64,000 nucleotides of DNA from Eledone cirrhosa (Eukaryota): assembly GCA_964016885.1 (NCBI GenBank), contig OZ024747.1:52452001-52516000 (forward strand), in the 5' to 3' direction. Below the pieces are notes generated by a model, which was not told the origin of the DNA, did no database searches, and saw nothing but the letters and a program-made list of their open reading frames with translations. Numbering within the stretch: position 1 is the stretch's first letter; each line of letters begins with the position of its first letter. Position numbers and translations under genes: made by a program. Shown here piece by piece: positions 1 through 13,964 of this stretch.

Positions 1-448
1 CAGTACATAGGACAGAGTTGGTGTAGAGTAAAACAGAGAGAACCAGTACATAGGACAGAGTTAGTGTAGAGTAAAACAGAGAGAACCAGTACATATGACA
101 GAGTAGGTGTAGAGTAAAACAGAGAGAACCAGTACATAGGACAGAGTCGCTGTAGAGTAAAACAGAGAGAACCAGTACATAGGACAGAGTCACTGTAGAG
201 TAAAACAGAGAGAACTAGTACATAGGACAGAGTCGGTGTAGAGTAAAACATAGAGAACCAGTACATAGGACAGAGTTGATGTAGGGTAAAACAGAGAGAA
301 CCAGTACATAGGACAGAGTTGGTGTAGAGTAAAACAGAGAGAACCAGTACATAGGAGAGTCAGAGTAGAGTAAAACAGAGAGAACCAGTACATAGAACAG
401 AGTCGGTGTAGAGTAAAACAGAGAACCAGTACATAGGACAGAGTCAGT

Positions 449-3400
449 GTAGAGTAAAACAGAGAGAACCAGTACATAGGACAGAGTTGGTGTAGAGTAA
501 AACAGAGAGAACCAGCACGTAGCACAGAGTCGGTGTAGAGTAAAACAGAGAGAACCAGTACATAGGACAGTGTTGGTGTAGAGTAAAACAGAGAGAACCA
601 GTACATAGGACAGTGTTGGTGTAGAGTAAAACAGAGATAACCAGCACGTAGCACAGAGTCGGTGTAGAGTAAAACAGAGAGAACCAGTACATAGGACAGT
701 GTTGGTGTAGAGTAAAACAGAGAGAACCAGTACATAGGACAGTGTTGGTGTAGAGTAAAACAGAGAGAACCAGTACATAGGACAGTGTTGGTGTAGAGTA
801 AAACAGAGAGAACCAGTACGTAGCACAGAGTCGGTGTAGAATAAAACAGAGAGAACCAGTACATAGGACAGTGTTGGTGTAGAGTAAAACAGAGAGAACC
901 AGTACGTAGCACAGAGTCGGTGTAGAGTAAAACAGAGAGAACCAGTACGTAGCACAGAGTCGGTGTAGAGTAAAACAGAGAGAACCAGTACATAGGACAG
1001 TGTTGGTGTAGAGTAAAACAAAGAGAACCAGTACATAGGACAGTGTTGGTGTAGAGTAAAACAGAGAGAACCAGTACATAGCACAGTGTTGGTGTAGAGT
1101 AAAACAGAGAGAACCAGTACGTAGCACAGAGTCGGTGTAGAGTAAAACAGAGAGAACCAGTACGTAGCACAGAGTCGGTGTAGAGTAAAACAGAGAGAAC
1201 CAGTACGTAGCACAGAGTCGGTGTAGAGTAAAACAGAGAGAACCAGTACATAGGACAGAGTCGGTGTAGAGTAAAACAGAGAGAACCAGTACATAGGACA
1301 GAGTCACTGTAGAGTAAAACAGAGAGAACTAGTACATAGGACAGAGTCAGAGTAGAGTAAAACAGAGAGAACCAGTACATAGAACAGAGTCGGTGTAGAG
1401 TAAAACAGAGAGAACCAGTACATAGGACAGAGTCACTGTAGAGTAAAACAGAGAGAACTAGTACATAGGACAGAGTCAGAGTAGAGTAAAACAGAGAGAA
1501 CCAGTACATAGAACAGAGTCGGTGTAGAGTAAAACAGAGAGAACCAGTACATAGGACAGAGTCACTGTAGAGTAAAACAGAGAGAACTAGTACACAGGAC
1601 AGAGTCAGAGTAGAGTAAAACAGAGAGAACCAGTACATAGGACAGAGTCGGTGTAGAGTAAAACATAGAGAACCAGTACATAGGACAGAGTTGATGTAGG
1701 GAAAAACAGAGAGAACCAGTACATAGGACAGAGTTGGTGTAGAGTAAAACAGAGAGAACCAGTACATAGGAGAGTCAGAGTAGAGTAAAACAGAGAGAAC
1801 CAGTACATAGAACAGAGTCGGTGTAGAGTAAAACAGAGAACCAGTACATAGGACAGAGTTGGTGTAGAGTAAAACAGAGAGAACCAGTACATAGGACAGA
1901 GTTGGTGTAGAGTAAAACAGAGAGAACCAGTACATATGACAGAGTAGGTGTAGAGTAAAACAGAGAGAACCAGTACATAGGACAGAGTTGGAGTAGAGTA
2001 AAACAGAGAGAACCAGTACATAGGACAGAGTTAGTGTAGAGTAAAACAGAGAGAACCAGTACATAGGACAGAGTTGGTGTAGAGTAAAACAGAGAGAACC
2101 AGTACATAGGACAGAGTTAGTGTAGAGTAAAACAGAGAGAACCAGTACATATGACAGAGTAGGTGTAGAGTAAAACAGAGAGAACCAGTACATAGGACAG
2201 AGTCGCTGTAGAGTAAAACAGAGAGAACCAGTACATAGGACAGAGTCACTGTAGAGTAAAACAGAGAGAACTAGTACATAGGACAGAGTCAGAGTAGAGT
2301 AAAACAGAGAGAGCCAGTACATAGAACAGAGTCGGTGTAGAGTAAAACAGAGAGAACCAGTACATAGGACAGAGTTGGTGTAGAGTAAAGCAGAGAGAAC
2401 TAGTACATAGGACAGAGTCAGAGTAGAGTAAAACAGAGAGAACCAGTACATAGGACAGAGTCGGTGTAGAGTAAAACAGAGAGAAACAGTACATAGGACA
2501 GAGTTGGTGTAGGGTAAAACAGAGAGAACCAGTACGTAGCACAGAGTCGGTGTAGAGTAAAACAGAGAGAACCAGTACATAGGACAGTGTTGGTGTAGAG
2601 TAAAACAGAGAGAACCAGTACGTAGCACAGAGTCGGTGTAGAGTAAAACAGAGAGAACCAGTACGTAGCACAGAGTCGGTGTAGAGTAAAACAGAGAGAA
2701 CCAGTACATAGGACAGTGTTGGTGTAGAGTAAAACAGAGAGAACCAGTACATAGGACAGTGTTGGTGTAGAGTAAAACAGAGAGAACCAGTACATAGGAC
2801 AGAGTCACTGTAGAGTAAAACAGAGAGATCTAGTACATAGGACAGAGTCAGAGTAGAGTAAAACAGAGAGAACCAGTACATAGGACAGAGTTGGTGTAGA
2901 GTAAAACAGAGAGAACCAGCACGTAGCACAGAGTCGGTGTAGAGTAAAACAGAGAGAACCAGTACATAGGACAGTGTTGGTGTAGAGTAAAACAGAGAGA
3001 ACCAGTACATAGGACAGTGTTGGTGTAGAGTAAAACAGAGATAACCAGCACGTAGCACAGAGTCGGTGTAGAGTAAAACAGAGAGAACCAGTACATAGGA
3101 CAGTGTTGGTGTAGAGTAAAACAGAGAGAACCAGTACATAGGACAGTGTTGGTGTAGAGTAAAACAGAGAGAACCAGTACATAGGACAGTGTTGGTGTAG
3201 AGTAAAACAGAGAGAACCAGTACGTAGCACAGAGTCGGTGTAGAATAAAACAGAGAGAACCAGTACATAGGACAGTGTTGGTGTAGAGTAAAACAGAGAG
3301 AACCAGTACGTAGCACAGAGTCGGTGTAGAGTAAAACAGAGAGAACCAGTACGTAGCACAGAGTCGGTGTAGAGTAAAACAGAGAGAACCAGTACATAGG

Positions 3401-5283
3401 ACAGTGTTGGTGTAGAGTAAAACAAAGAGAACCAGTACATAGGACAGTGTTGGTGTAGAGTAAAACAGAGAGAACCAGTACATAGCACAGTGTTGGTGTA
3501 GAGTAAAACAGAGAGAACCAGTACGTAGCACAGAGTCGGTGTAGAGTAAAACAGAGAGAACCAGTACGTAGCACAGAGTCGGTGTAGAGTAAAACAGAGA
3601 GAACCAGTACGTAGCACAGAGTCGGTGTAGAGTAAAACAGAGAGAACCAGTACATAGGACAGAGTCGGTGTAGAGTAAAACAGAGAGAACCAGTACATAG
3701 GACAGAGTCACTGTAGAGTAAAACAGAGAGAACTAGTACATAGGACAGAGTCAGAGTAGAGTAAAACAGAGAGAACCAGTACATAGAACAGAGTCGGTGT
3801 AGAGTAAAACAGAGAGAACCAGTACATAGGACAGAGTCACTGTAGAGTAAAACAGAGAGAACTAGTACATAGGACAGAGTCAGAGTAGAGTAAAACAGAG
3901 AGAACCAGTACATAGAACAGAGTCGGTGTAGAGTAAAACAGAGAGAACCAGTACATAGGACAGAGTCACTGTAGAGTAAAACAGAGAGAACTAGTACACA
4001 GGACAGAGTCAGAGTAGAGTAAAACAGAGAGAACCAGTACATAGGACAGAGTCGGTGTAGAGTAAAACATAGAGAACCAGTACATAGGACAGAGTTGATG
4101 TAGGGAAAAACAGAGAGAACCAGTACATAGGACAGAGTTGGTGTAGAGTAAAACAGAGAGAACCAGTACATAGGAGAGTCAGAGTAGAGTAAAACAGAGA
4201 GAACCAGTACATAGAACAGAGTCGGTGTAGAGTAAAACAGAGAACCAGTACATAGGACAGAGTTGGTGTAGAGTAAAACAGAGAGAACCAGTACATAGGA
4301 CAGAGTTGGTGTAGAGTAAAACAGAGAGAACCAGTACATATGACAGAGTAGGTGTAGAGTAAAACAGAGAGAACCAGTACATAGGACAGAGTTGGAGTAG
4401 AGTAAAACAGAGAGAACCAGTACATAGGACAGAGTTAGTGTAGAGTAAAACAGAGAGAACCAGTACATAGGACAGAGTTGGTGTAGAGTAAAACAGAGAG
4501 AACCAGTACATAGGACAGAGTTAGTGTAGAGTAAAACAGAGAGAACCAGTACATATGACAGAGTAGGTGTAGAGTAAAACAGAGAGAACCAGTACATAGG
4601 ACAGAGTCGCTGTAGAGTAAAACAGAGAGAACCAGTACATAGGACAGAGTCACTGTAGAGTAAAACAGAGAGAACTAGTACATAGGACAGAGTCAGAGTA
4701 GAGTAAAACAGAGAGAGCCAGTACATAGAACAGAGTCGGTGTAGAGTAAAACAGAGAGAACCAGTACATAGGACAGAGTTGGTGTAGAGTAAAGCAGAGA
4801 GAACTAGTACATAGGACAGAGTCAGAGTAGAGTAAAACAGAGAGAACCAGTACATAGGACAGAGTCGGTGTAGAGTAAAACAGAGAGAAACAGTACATAG
4901 GACAGAGTTGGTGTAGGGTAAAACAGAGAGAACCAGTACGTAGCACAGAGTCGGTGTAGAGTAAAACAGAGAGAACCAGTACATAGGACAGTGTTGGTGT
5001 AGAGTAAAACAGAGAGAACCAGTACGTAGCACAGAGTCGGTGTAGAGTAAAACAGAGAGAACCAGTACGTAGCACAGAGTCGGTGTAGAGTAAAACAGAG
5101 AGAACCAGTACATAGGACAGTGTTGGTGTAGAGTAAAACAGAGAGAACCAGTACATAGGACAGTGTTGGTGTAGAGTAAAACAGAGAGAACCAGTACATA
5201 GGACAGAGTCACTGTAGAGTAAAACAGAGAGATCTAGTACATAGGACAGAGTCAGAGTAGAGTAAAACAGAGAGAACCAGTAC
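449..5283. repeat. Tandem higher-order duplication, period 2404 bp (56 monomers minus 2x2 bp)
   Basis: ORF-track pairs 444/2848, 1605/4009, 2031/4435 and 2418/4822 are offset by exactly 2404. Rare markers also pair at that offset (AGATCT 2826/5230; aaacaaagag about 1020/3424). Confidence 0.93.
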
Positions 5284-6064
5284 GTAGCACAGAGTCGGTG
5301 TAGAGTAAAACAGAGAGAACCAGTACATAGGACAGAGTCGGTGTAGAGTAAAACATAGAGAACCAGTACATAGGACAGAGTTGATGTAGGGTAAAACAGA
5401 GAGAACCAGTACATAGGACAGAGTAGGTGTAGAGTAAAACAGAGAGAACTAGTACATAGGACAGAGTCACTGTAGAGTAAAACAGAGAGAGCCAGTACAT
5501 AGAACAGAGTCGGTGTAGAGTAAAACAGAGAGAACCAGTACATAGGACAGAGTCACTGTAGAGTAAAACAGAGAGAACTAGTACATAGGACAGAGTCAGA
5601 GTAGAGTAAAACAGAGAGAACCAGTACATAGGACAGAGTCGGTGTAGAGTAAAACAGAGAGAACCAGTACATAGGACAGAGTTGGTGTAGGGTAAAACAG
5701 AGAGAACTAGTACATAGGACAGAGTTGGTGTAGTGTAAAACAGAGAACCAGTACATAGGACAGAGTCGGTGTAGAGTAAAACATAGAGAACCAGTACATA
5801 GGACAGAGTTGATGTAGGGTAAAACAGAGAGAACCAGTACATAGGACAGAGTTGGTGTAGAGTAAAACAGAGAGAACCAGTACATAGGAGAGTCAGAGTA
5901 GAATAAAACAGAGAGAACCAGTACATAGAACAGAGTCGGTGTAGAGTAAAACAGAGAACCAGTACATAGGACAGAGTCAGTGTAGAGTAAAACAGAGAGA
6001 ACCAGTACATAGGACAGAGTTGGTGTAGAGTAAAACAGAGAGAACCAGCACGTAGCACAGAGTC

Positions 6065-9000
6065 GGTGTAGAGTAAAACAGAGAGAACCAGTACATAGGA
6101 CAGTGTTGGTGTAGAGTAAAACAGAGAGAACCAGTACATAGGACAGTGTTGGTGTAGAGTAAAACAGAGATAACCAGCACGTAGCACAGAGTCGGTGTAG
6201 AGTAAAACAGAGAGAACCAGTACATAGGACAGTGTTGGTGTAGAGTAAAACAGAGAGAACCAGTACATAGGACAGTGTTGGTGTAGAGTAAAACAGAGAG
6301 AACCAGTACGTAGCACAGAGTCGGTGTAGAATAAAACAGAGAGAACCAGTACATAGGACAGTGTTGGTGTAGAGTAAAACAGAGAGAACCAGTACGTAGC
6401 ACAGAGTCGGTGTAGAGTAAAACAGAGAGAACCAGTACGTAGCACAGAGTCGGTGTAGAGTAAAACAGAGAGAACCAGTACATAGGACAGTGTTGGTGTA
6501 GAGTAAAACAGAGAGAACCAGTACATAGGACAGTGTTGGTGTAGAGTAAAACAGAGAGAACCAGTACGTAGCACAGTGTTGGTGTAGAGTAAAACAGAGA
6601 GAACCAGTACGTAGCACAGAGTCGGTGTAGAGTAAAACAGAGAGAACCAGTACGTAGCACAGAGTCGGTGTAGAGTAAAACAGAGAGAACCAGTACATAG
6701 AACAGAGTCGGTGTAGAGTAAAACAGAGAGAACCAGTACATAGGACAGAGTCACTGTAGAGTAAAACAGAGAGAACTAGTACATAGGACAGAGTCAGAGT
6801 AGAGTAAAACAGAGAGAACCAGTACATAGAACAGAGTCGGTGTAGAGTAAAACAGAGAGAACCAGTACATAGGACAGAGTCACTGTAGAGTAAAACAGAG
6901 AGAACTAGTACATAGGACAGAGTCAGAGTAGAGTAAAACAGAGAGAACCAGTACATAGGACAGAGTCGGTGTAGAGTAAAACATAGAGAACCAGTACATA
7001 GGACAGAGTTGATGTAGGGAAAAACAGAGAGAACCAGTACATAGGACAGAGTTGGTGTAGAGTAAAACAGAGAGAACCAGTACATAGGAGAGTCAGAGTA
7101 GAGTAAAACAGAGAGAACCAGTACATAGAACAGAGTCGGTGTAGAGTAAAAAAGAGAACCAGTACATAGGACAGAGTTGGTGTAGAGTAAAACAGAGAGA
7201 ACCAGTACATAGGACAGAGTTGGTGTAGAGTAAAACAGAGAGAACCAGTACATATGACAGAGTCAGTGTAGAGTAAAACAGAGAGAACCAGTACATAGGA
7301 CAGAGTTGGTGTAGAGTAAAACAGAGAGAACCAGTACATAGGACAGAGTTAGTGTAGAGTAAAACAGAGAGAACCAGTACATATGACAGAGTAGGTGTAG
7401 AGTAAAACAGAGAGAACCAGTACATAGGACAGAGTCGGTGTAGAGTAAAACAGAGAGAACCAGTACATAGGACAGAGTTGGTGTAGAGTAAAACAGAGAG
7501 AACCAGTACATAGGACAGAGTTGGTGTAGAGTAAAACAGAGAGAACCAGTACATAGGACAGTGTTGGTGTAGAGTAAAACAGAGAGAACCAGTAGATAGG
7601 ACAGTGTTGGTGTAGAGTAAAACAGAGAGAACCAGTAGATAGGACAGTGTTGGTGTAGTGTAAAACAGAGAGAACCAGTAGATAGGACAGTGTTGGTGTA
7701 GAGTAAAACAGAGAGAACCAGTAGATAGGACAGTGTTGGTGTAGAGTAAAACAGAGAGAACCAGTAGATAGGACAGTGTTGGTGTAGAGTAAAACAGAGA
7801 GAACCAGTAGATAGGACAGTGTTGGTGTAGAGTAAAACAGAGAGAACCAGTAGATAGGACAGTGTTGGTGTAGAGTAAAACAGAGAGAACCAGTACATAG
7901 GACAGTGTTGGTGTAGAGTAAAACAGAGAGAACCAGTAGATAGGACAGAGTCACTGTAGAGTAAAACAGAGAGAACCAGTACATAGGACAGTGTTGGTGT
8001 AGAGTAAAACAGAGAGAACCAGTACATAGGACAGAGTAGGTGTAGTGTAAAACAGAGAACAGAGAGAACCAGTACATAGGACAGTGTTGGTGTAGAGTAA
8101 AACAGAGAGAACCAGTACATAGGACAGTGTTGGTGTAGAGTAAAACAGAGAGAACCAGTACATAGGACAGTGTTGGTGTAGAGTAAAACAGAGATAACCA
8201 GCACGTAGCACAGAGTCGGTGTAGAGTAAAACAGAGAGAACCAGTACATAGGACAGTGTTGGTGTAGAGTAAAACAGAGAGAACCAGTACATAGGACAGT
8301 GTTGGTGTAGAGTAAAACAGAGAGAACCAGTACGTAGCACAGAGTCGGTGTAGAATAAAACAGAGAGAACCAGTACATAGGACAGTGTTGGTGTAGAGTA
8401 AAACAGAGAGAACCAGTACGTAGCACAGAGTCGGTGTAGAGTAAAACAGAGAGAACCAGTACGTAGCACAGAGTCGGTGTAGAGTAAAACAGAGAGAACC
8501 AGTACATAGGACAGTGTTGGTGTAGAGTAAAACAGAGAGAACCAGTACATAGGACAGTGTTGGTGTAGAGTAAAACAGAGAGAACCAGTACGTAGCACAG
8601 TGTTGGTGTAGAGTAAAACAGAGAGAACCAGTACGTAGCACAGAGTCGGTGTAGAGTAAAACAGAGAGAACCAGTACGTAGCACAGAGTCGGTGTAGAGT
8701 AAAACAGAGAGAACCAGTACATAGAACAGAGTCGGTGTAGAGTAAAACAGAGAGAACCAGTACATAGGACAGAGTCACTGTAGAGTAAAACAGAGAGAAC
8801 TAGTACATAGGACAGAGTCAGAGTAGAGTAAAACAGAGAGAACCAGTACATAGAACAGAGTCGGTGTAGAGTAAAACAGAGAGAACCAGTACATAGGACA
8901 GAGTCACTGTAGAGTAAAACAGAGAGAACTAGTACATAGGACAGAGTCAGAGTAGAGTAAAACAGAGAGAACCAGTACATAGGACAGAGTCGGTGTAGAG

Positions 9001-10185
9001 TAAAACATAGAGAACCAGTACATAGGACAGAGTTGATGTAGGGAAAAACAGAGAGAACCAGTACATAGGACAGAGTTGGTGTAGAGTAAAACAGAGAGAA
9101 TCAGTACATAGGAGAGTCAGAGTAGAGTAAAACAGAGAGAACCAGTACATAGAACAGAGTCGGTGTAGAGTAAAAAAGAGAACCAGTACATAGGACAGAG
9201 TTGGTGTAGAGTAAAACAGAGAGAACCAGTACATAGGACAGAGTTGGTGTAGAGTAAAACAGAGAGAACCAGTACATATGACAGAGTCAGTGTAGAGTAA
9301 AACAGAGAGAACCAGTACATAGGACAGAGTTGGTGTAGAGTAAAACAGAGAGAACCAGTACATAGGACAGAGTTAGTGTAGAGTAAAACAGAGAGAACCA
9401 GTACATATGACAGAGTAGGTGTAGAGTAAAACAGAGAGAACCAGTACATAGGACAGAGTCGGTGTAGAGTAAAACAGAGAGAACCAGTACATAGGACAGA
9501 GTTGGTGTAGAGTAAAACAGAGAGAACCAGTACATAGGACAGAGTTGGTGTAGAGTAAAACAGAGAGAACCAGTACATAGGACAGTGTTGGTGTAGAGTA
9601 AAACAGAGAGAACCAGTAGATAGGACAGTGTTGGTGTAGAGTAAAACAGAGAGAACCAGTAGATAGGACAGTGTTGGTGTAGTGTAAAACAGAGAGAACC
9701 AGTAGATAGGACAGTGTTGGTGTAGAGTAAAACAGAGAGAACCAGTAGATAGGACAGTGTTGGTGTAGAGTAAAACAGAGAGAACCAGTAGATAGGACAG
9801 TGTTGGTGTAGAGTAAAACAGAGAGAACCAGTAGATAGGACAGTGTTGGTGTAGAGTAAAACAGAGAGAACCAGTAGATAGGACAGTGTTGGTGTAGAGT
9901 AAAACAGAGAGAACCAGTACATAGGACAGTGTTGGTGTAGAGTAAAACAGAGAGAACCAGTAGATAGGACAGAGACACTGTAGAGTAAAACAGAGAGAAC
10001 CAGTACATAGGACAGTGTTGGTGTAGAGTAAAACAGAGAGAACCAGTACATAGGACAGAGTAGGTGTAGTGTAAAACAGAGAACAGAGAGAACCAGTACA
10101 TAGGACAGTGTTGGTGTAGAGTAAAACAGAGAGAACCAGTACATAGGACAGTGTTGGTGTAGAGTAAAACAGAGAGAACCAGTAC
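6065..10185. repeat. Tandem higher-order duplication, period 2024 bp (47 monomers, -2, -2, +7 bp)
   Basis: ORF pairs 6923/8947, 7093/9117, 7263/9287 and 7349/9373 are offset by 2024. The 'gtagatagg' run occurs at 7590 and 9614. The copies differ by at least 2 SNPs (aatcag about 9101, agacact about 9975). Confidence 0.92.
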
Positions 10186-13100
10186 GTAGCACAGAGTCGG
10201 TGTAGAGTAAAACAGAGAGAACCAGTACGTAGCACAGAGTCGGTGTAGAGTAAAACAGAGAGAACCAGTACGTAGCACAGAGTCGGTGTAGAGTAAAACA
10301 GAGAACCAGTACATAGGACAGTGTAGGTGTAGAGTAAAACAGAGAGAACCAGTACATAGGACAGTGTTGGTGTAGAGTAAAACAGAGAGAACCAGTACGT
10401 AGCACAGAGTCGGTGTAGAGTAAAACAGAGAGAACCAGTACATAGGACAGTGTTGGTGTAGAGTAAAACAGAGAGAACCAGTACATAGGACAGAGTCGGT
10501 GTAGAGTAAAACAGAGAGAAACAGTACGTAGCACATAGTCGGTGTAGAGTAAAACAGAGAGAACCAGTACACAGGACAGAGTTGGTGTAGGGTAAAACAG
10601 AGAGAACCAGTACATAGGACAGAATTGGTGTAGAGTAAAACAGAGAGAACCAGTACATAGGACAGTGTTGGTGTAGAGTAAAACAGAGAGAACCAGTACA
10701 TAGGACAGAGTAGGTGTAGTGTAAAACAGAGAGAACCAGTACATAGGACAGAGTCGGTGTAGAGTAAAACAGAGAGAACTAGTACATAGGACAGTGTTGG
10801 TGTAGAGTAAAACAGAGAGAACCAGTACATAGAACAGTGTTGGTGTAGAGTAAAACAGAGAGAACCAGTACATAGGACAGAGTAGGTGTAGTGTAAAACA
10901 GAGAACAGAGAGAACCAGTACATAGGACAGAGTCGGTGTAGAGTAAAACAGAGAGAACCAGTACATAGAACAGAGTCGGTGTAGAGTAAAACAGAGAGAA
11001 CCAGTACATAGAACAGAGTCGGTGTAGAGTAAAACAGAGAGAACCAGTACATAGGACAGAGTCAGAGTAGAGTAAAACAGAGAGAGCCAGTACATAGAAC
11101 AGAGTCGGTGTAGAGTAAAACAGAGAGAACCAGTACATATGACAGAGTTGGTGTAGGGTAAAACAGAGAGAACTAGTACATAGGACAGAGTTGGTGTAGT
11201 ATAAAACAGAGAGAACCAGTACATAGGACAGAGTCGGTGTAGAGTAAAACATAGAGAACCAGTACATAGGACAGAGTTGATGTAGGGTAAAACAGAGAGA
11301 ACCAGTACATAGGACAGAGTTGGTGTAGAGTAAAACAGAGAGAACCAGTACATAGGAGAGTCAGAGTAGAGTAAAACAGAGAGAACCAGTACATAGAACA
11401 GAGTCGGTGTAGAGTAAAACAGAGAACCAGTACCCAGGACAGAGTTGGTGTAGAGTAAAACAGAGAGAACCAGTACATAGGACAGAGTCAGTGTAGAGTA
11501 AAACAGAGAGAACCAGTACATAGGACAGAGTTGGTGTAGAGTAAAACAGAGAGAACCAGTACATAGGACAGAGTTGGTGTAGAGTAAAACAGAGAGAACC
11601 AGTACATATGACAGAGTATGTGTAGAGTAAAACAGAGAGAACCAGTACATAGGACAGTGTTGGTGTAGAGTAAAACAGAGAGAACCAGTACATAGGACAG
11701 TGTTGGTGTAGAGTAAAACAGAGAGAACCAGTACGTAGCACAGTGTTGGTGTAGAGTAAAACAGAGAGAACCAGTACGTAGCACAGAGTCGGTGTAGAGT
11801 AAAACAGAGAGAACCAGTACGTAGCACAGAGTCGGTGTAGAGTAAAACAGAGAGAACCAGTACGTAGCACAGAGTCGGTGTAGAGTAAAACAGAGAGAAC
11901 CAGTACATAGAACAGAGTCGGTGTAGAGTAAAACAGAGAGAACCAGTACATAGGACAGAGTCACTGTAGAGTAAAACAGAGAGAACTAGTACATAGGACA
12001 GAGTCAGAGTAGAGTAAAACATAGAGAACCAGTACATAGGACAGAGTTGATGTAGGGTAAAACAGAGAGAACTAGTACATAGGACAGAGTTGGTGTAGTG
12101 TAAAACAGAGAGAACCAGTACATAGGACAGAGTCGGTGTAGAGTAAAACATAGAGAACCAGTACATAGGACAGAGTTGATGTAGGGTAAAACAGAGAGAA
12201 CTAGTACATAGGACAGAGTTGGTGTAGTGTAAAACAGAGAGAACTAGTACATAGGACAGAGTTGGTGTAGTGTAAAACAGAGAGAACCAGTACATAGGAC
12301 AGAGTCGGTGTAGAGTAAAACATAGAGAACCAGTACATAGGACAGAGTTGATGTAGGGAAAAACAGAGAGAACCAGTACATAGGACAGAGTTGGTGTAGA
12401 GTAAAACAGAGAGAACCAGTACATAGGAGAGTCAGAGTAGAGTAAAACAGAGAGAACCAGTACATAGAACAGAGTCGGTGTAGAGTAAAACAGAGAACCA
12501 GTACATAGGACAGAGTCAGTGTAGAGTAAAACAGAGAGAACCAGTACATAGGACAGAGTTGGTGTAGAGTAAAACAGAGAGAACCAGTACATAGGACAGA
12601 GTTAGTGTAGAGTAAAACAGAGAGAACCAGTACATATGACAGAGTAGGTGTAGAGTAAAACAGAGAGAACCAGTACATAGGACAGAGTCGGTGTAGAGTA
12701 AAACAGAGAGAACCAGTACATAGGACAGTGTTGGTGTAGAGTAAAACAGAGAGAACCAGTACATAGGACAGTGTTGGTGTAGAGTAAAACAGAGAGAACC
12801 AGTACGTAGCACAGAGTCGGTGTAGAGTAAAACAGAGAGAACCAGTACATAGGACAGTGTTGGTGTAGAGTAAAACAGAGAGAACCAGTACGTAGCACAG
12901 AGTCGGTGTAGAGTAAAACAGAGAGAACCAGTACGTAACACAGAGTCGGTGTAGAGTAAAACAGAGAGAACCAGTACATAGGACAGTGTTGGTGTAGAGT
13001 AAAACAGAGAGAACCAGTACATAGGACAGTGTTGGTGTAGAGTAAAACAGAGAGAACCAGTACGTAGCACAGAGTCGCTGTAGAGTAAAACAGAGAGAAC

Positions 13101-13964
13101 CAGTACATAGGACAGTGTTGGTGTAGAGTAAAACAGAGAGAACCAGTACATAGGACAGAGTCACTGTAGAGTAAAACAGAGAGAACTAGTACATAGGACA
13201 GAGTCAGAGTAGAGTAAAACAGAGAGAGCCAGTACATAGAACAGAGTCGGTGTAGAGTAAAACAGAGAGAACCAGTACATAGGACAGAGTCGGTGTAGAG
13301 TAAAACATAGAGAACCAGTACATAGGACAGAGTTGATGTAGGGTAAAACAGAGAGAACCAGTACATAGGACAGAGTTGGTGTAGAGTAAAACAGAGAGAA
13401 CCAGTACATAGGAGAGTCAGAGTAGAGTAAAACAGAGAGAACCAGTACATAGAACAGAGTCGGTGTAGAGTAAAACAGAGAACCAGTACATAGGACAGAG
13501 TCAGTGTAGAGTAAAACAGAGAGAACCAGTACATAGGACAGAGTTGGTGTAGAGTAAAACAGAGAGAACCAGTACATAGGACAGAGTCGGTGTAGAGTAA
13601 AACAGAGAGAACCAGTACATAGGACAGTGTTGGTGTAGAGTAAAACAGAGAGAACCAGTACATAGGACAGTGTTGGTGTAGAGTAAAACAGAGAGAACCA
13701 GTACATAGGACAGAGTAGGTGTAGTGTAAAACAGAGAACAGAGAGAACCAGTACATAGGACAGTGTTGGTGTAGAGTAAAACAGAGAGAACCAGTACGTA
13801 GCACAGAGTCGGTGTAGAGTAAAACAGAGAGAACCAGTACGTAGCACAGAGTCGGTGTAGAGTAAAACAGAGAGAACTAGTACATAGGACAGAGTCAGAG
13901 TAGAGTAAAACAGAGAGAACCAGTACATAGGACAGAGTTCATGTAGTGCAAAACAGAGAGAACC

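Noticed and set aside
1-86. Hairpin, terminator, G-quadruplex or telomeric motif in the monomer (ACCA...TGGT, GTAC, TAGGG variant)
   Set aside because: Only 4-bp complementarity is present, the consensus has no G3 runs, and TAGGG occurs singly in one variant and never as (TTAGGG)n.
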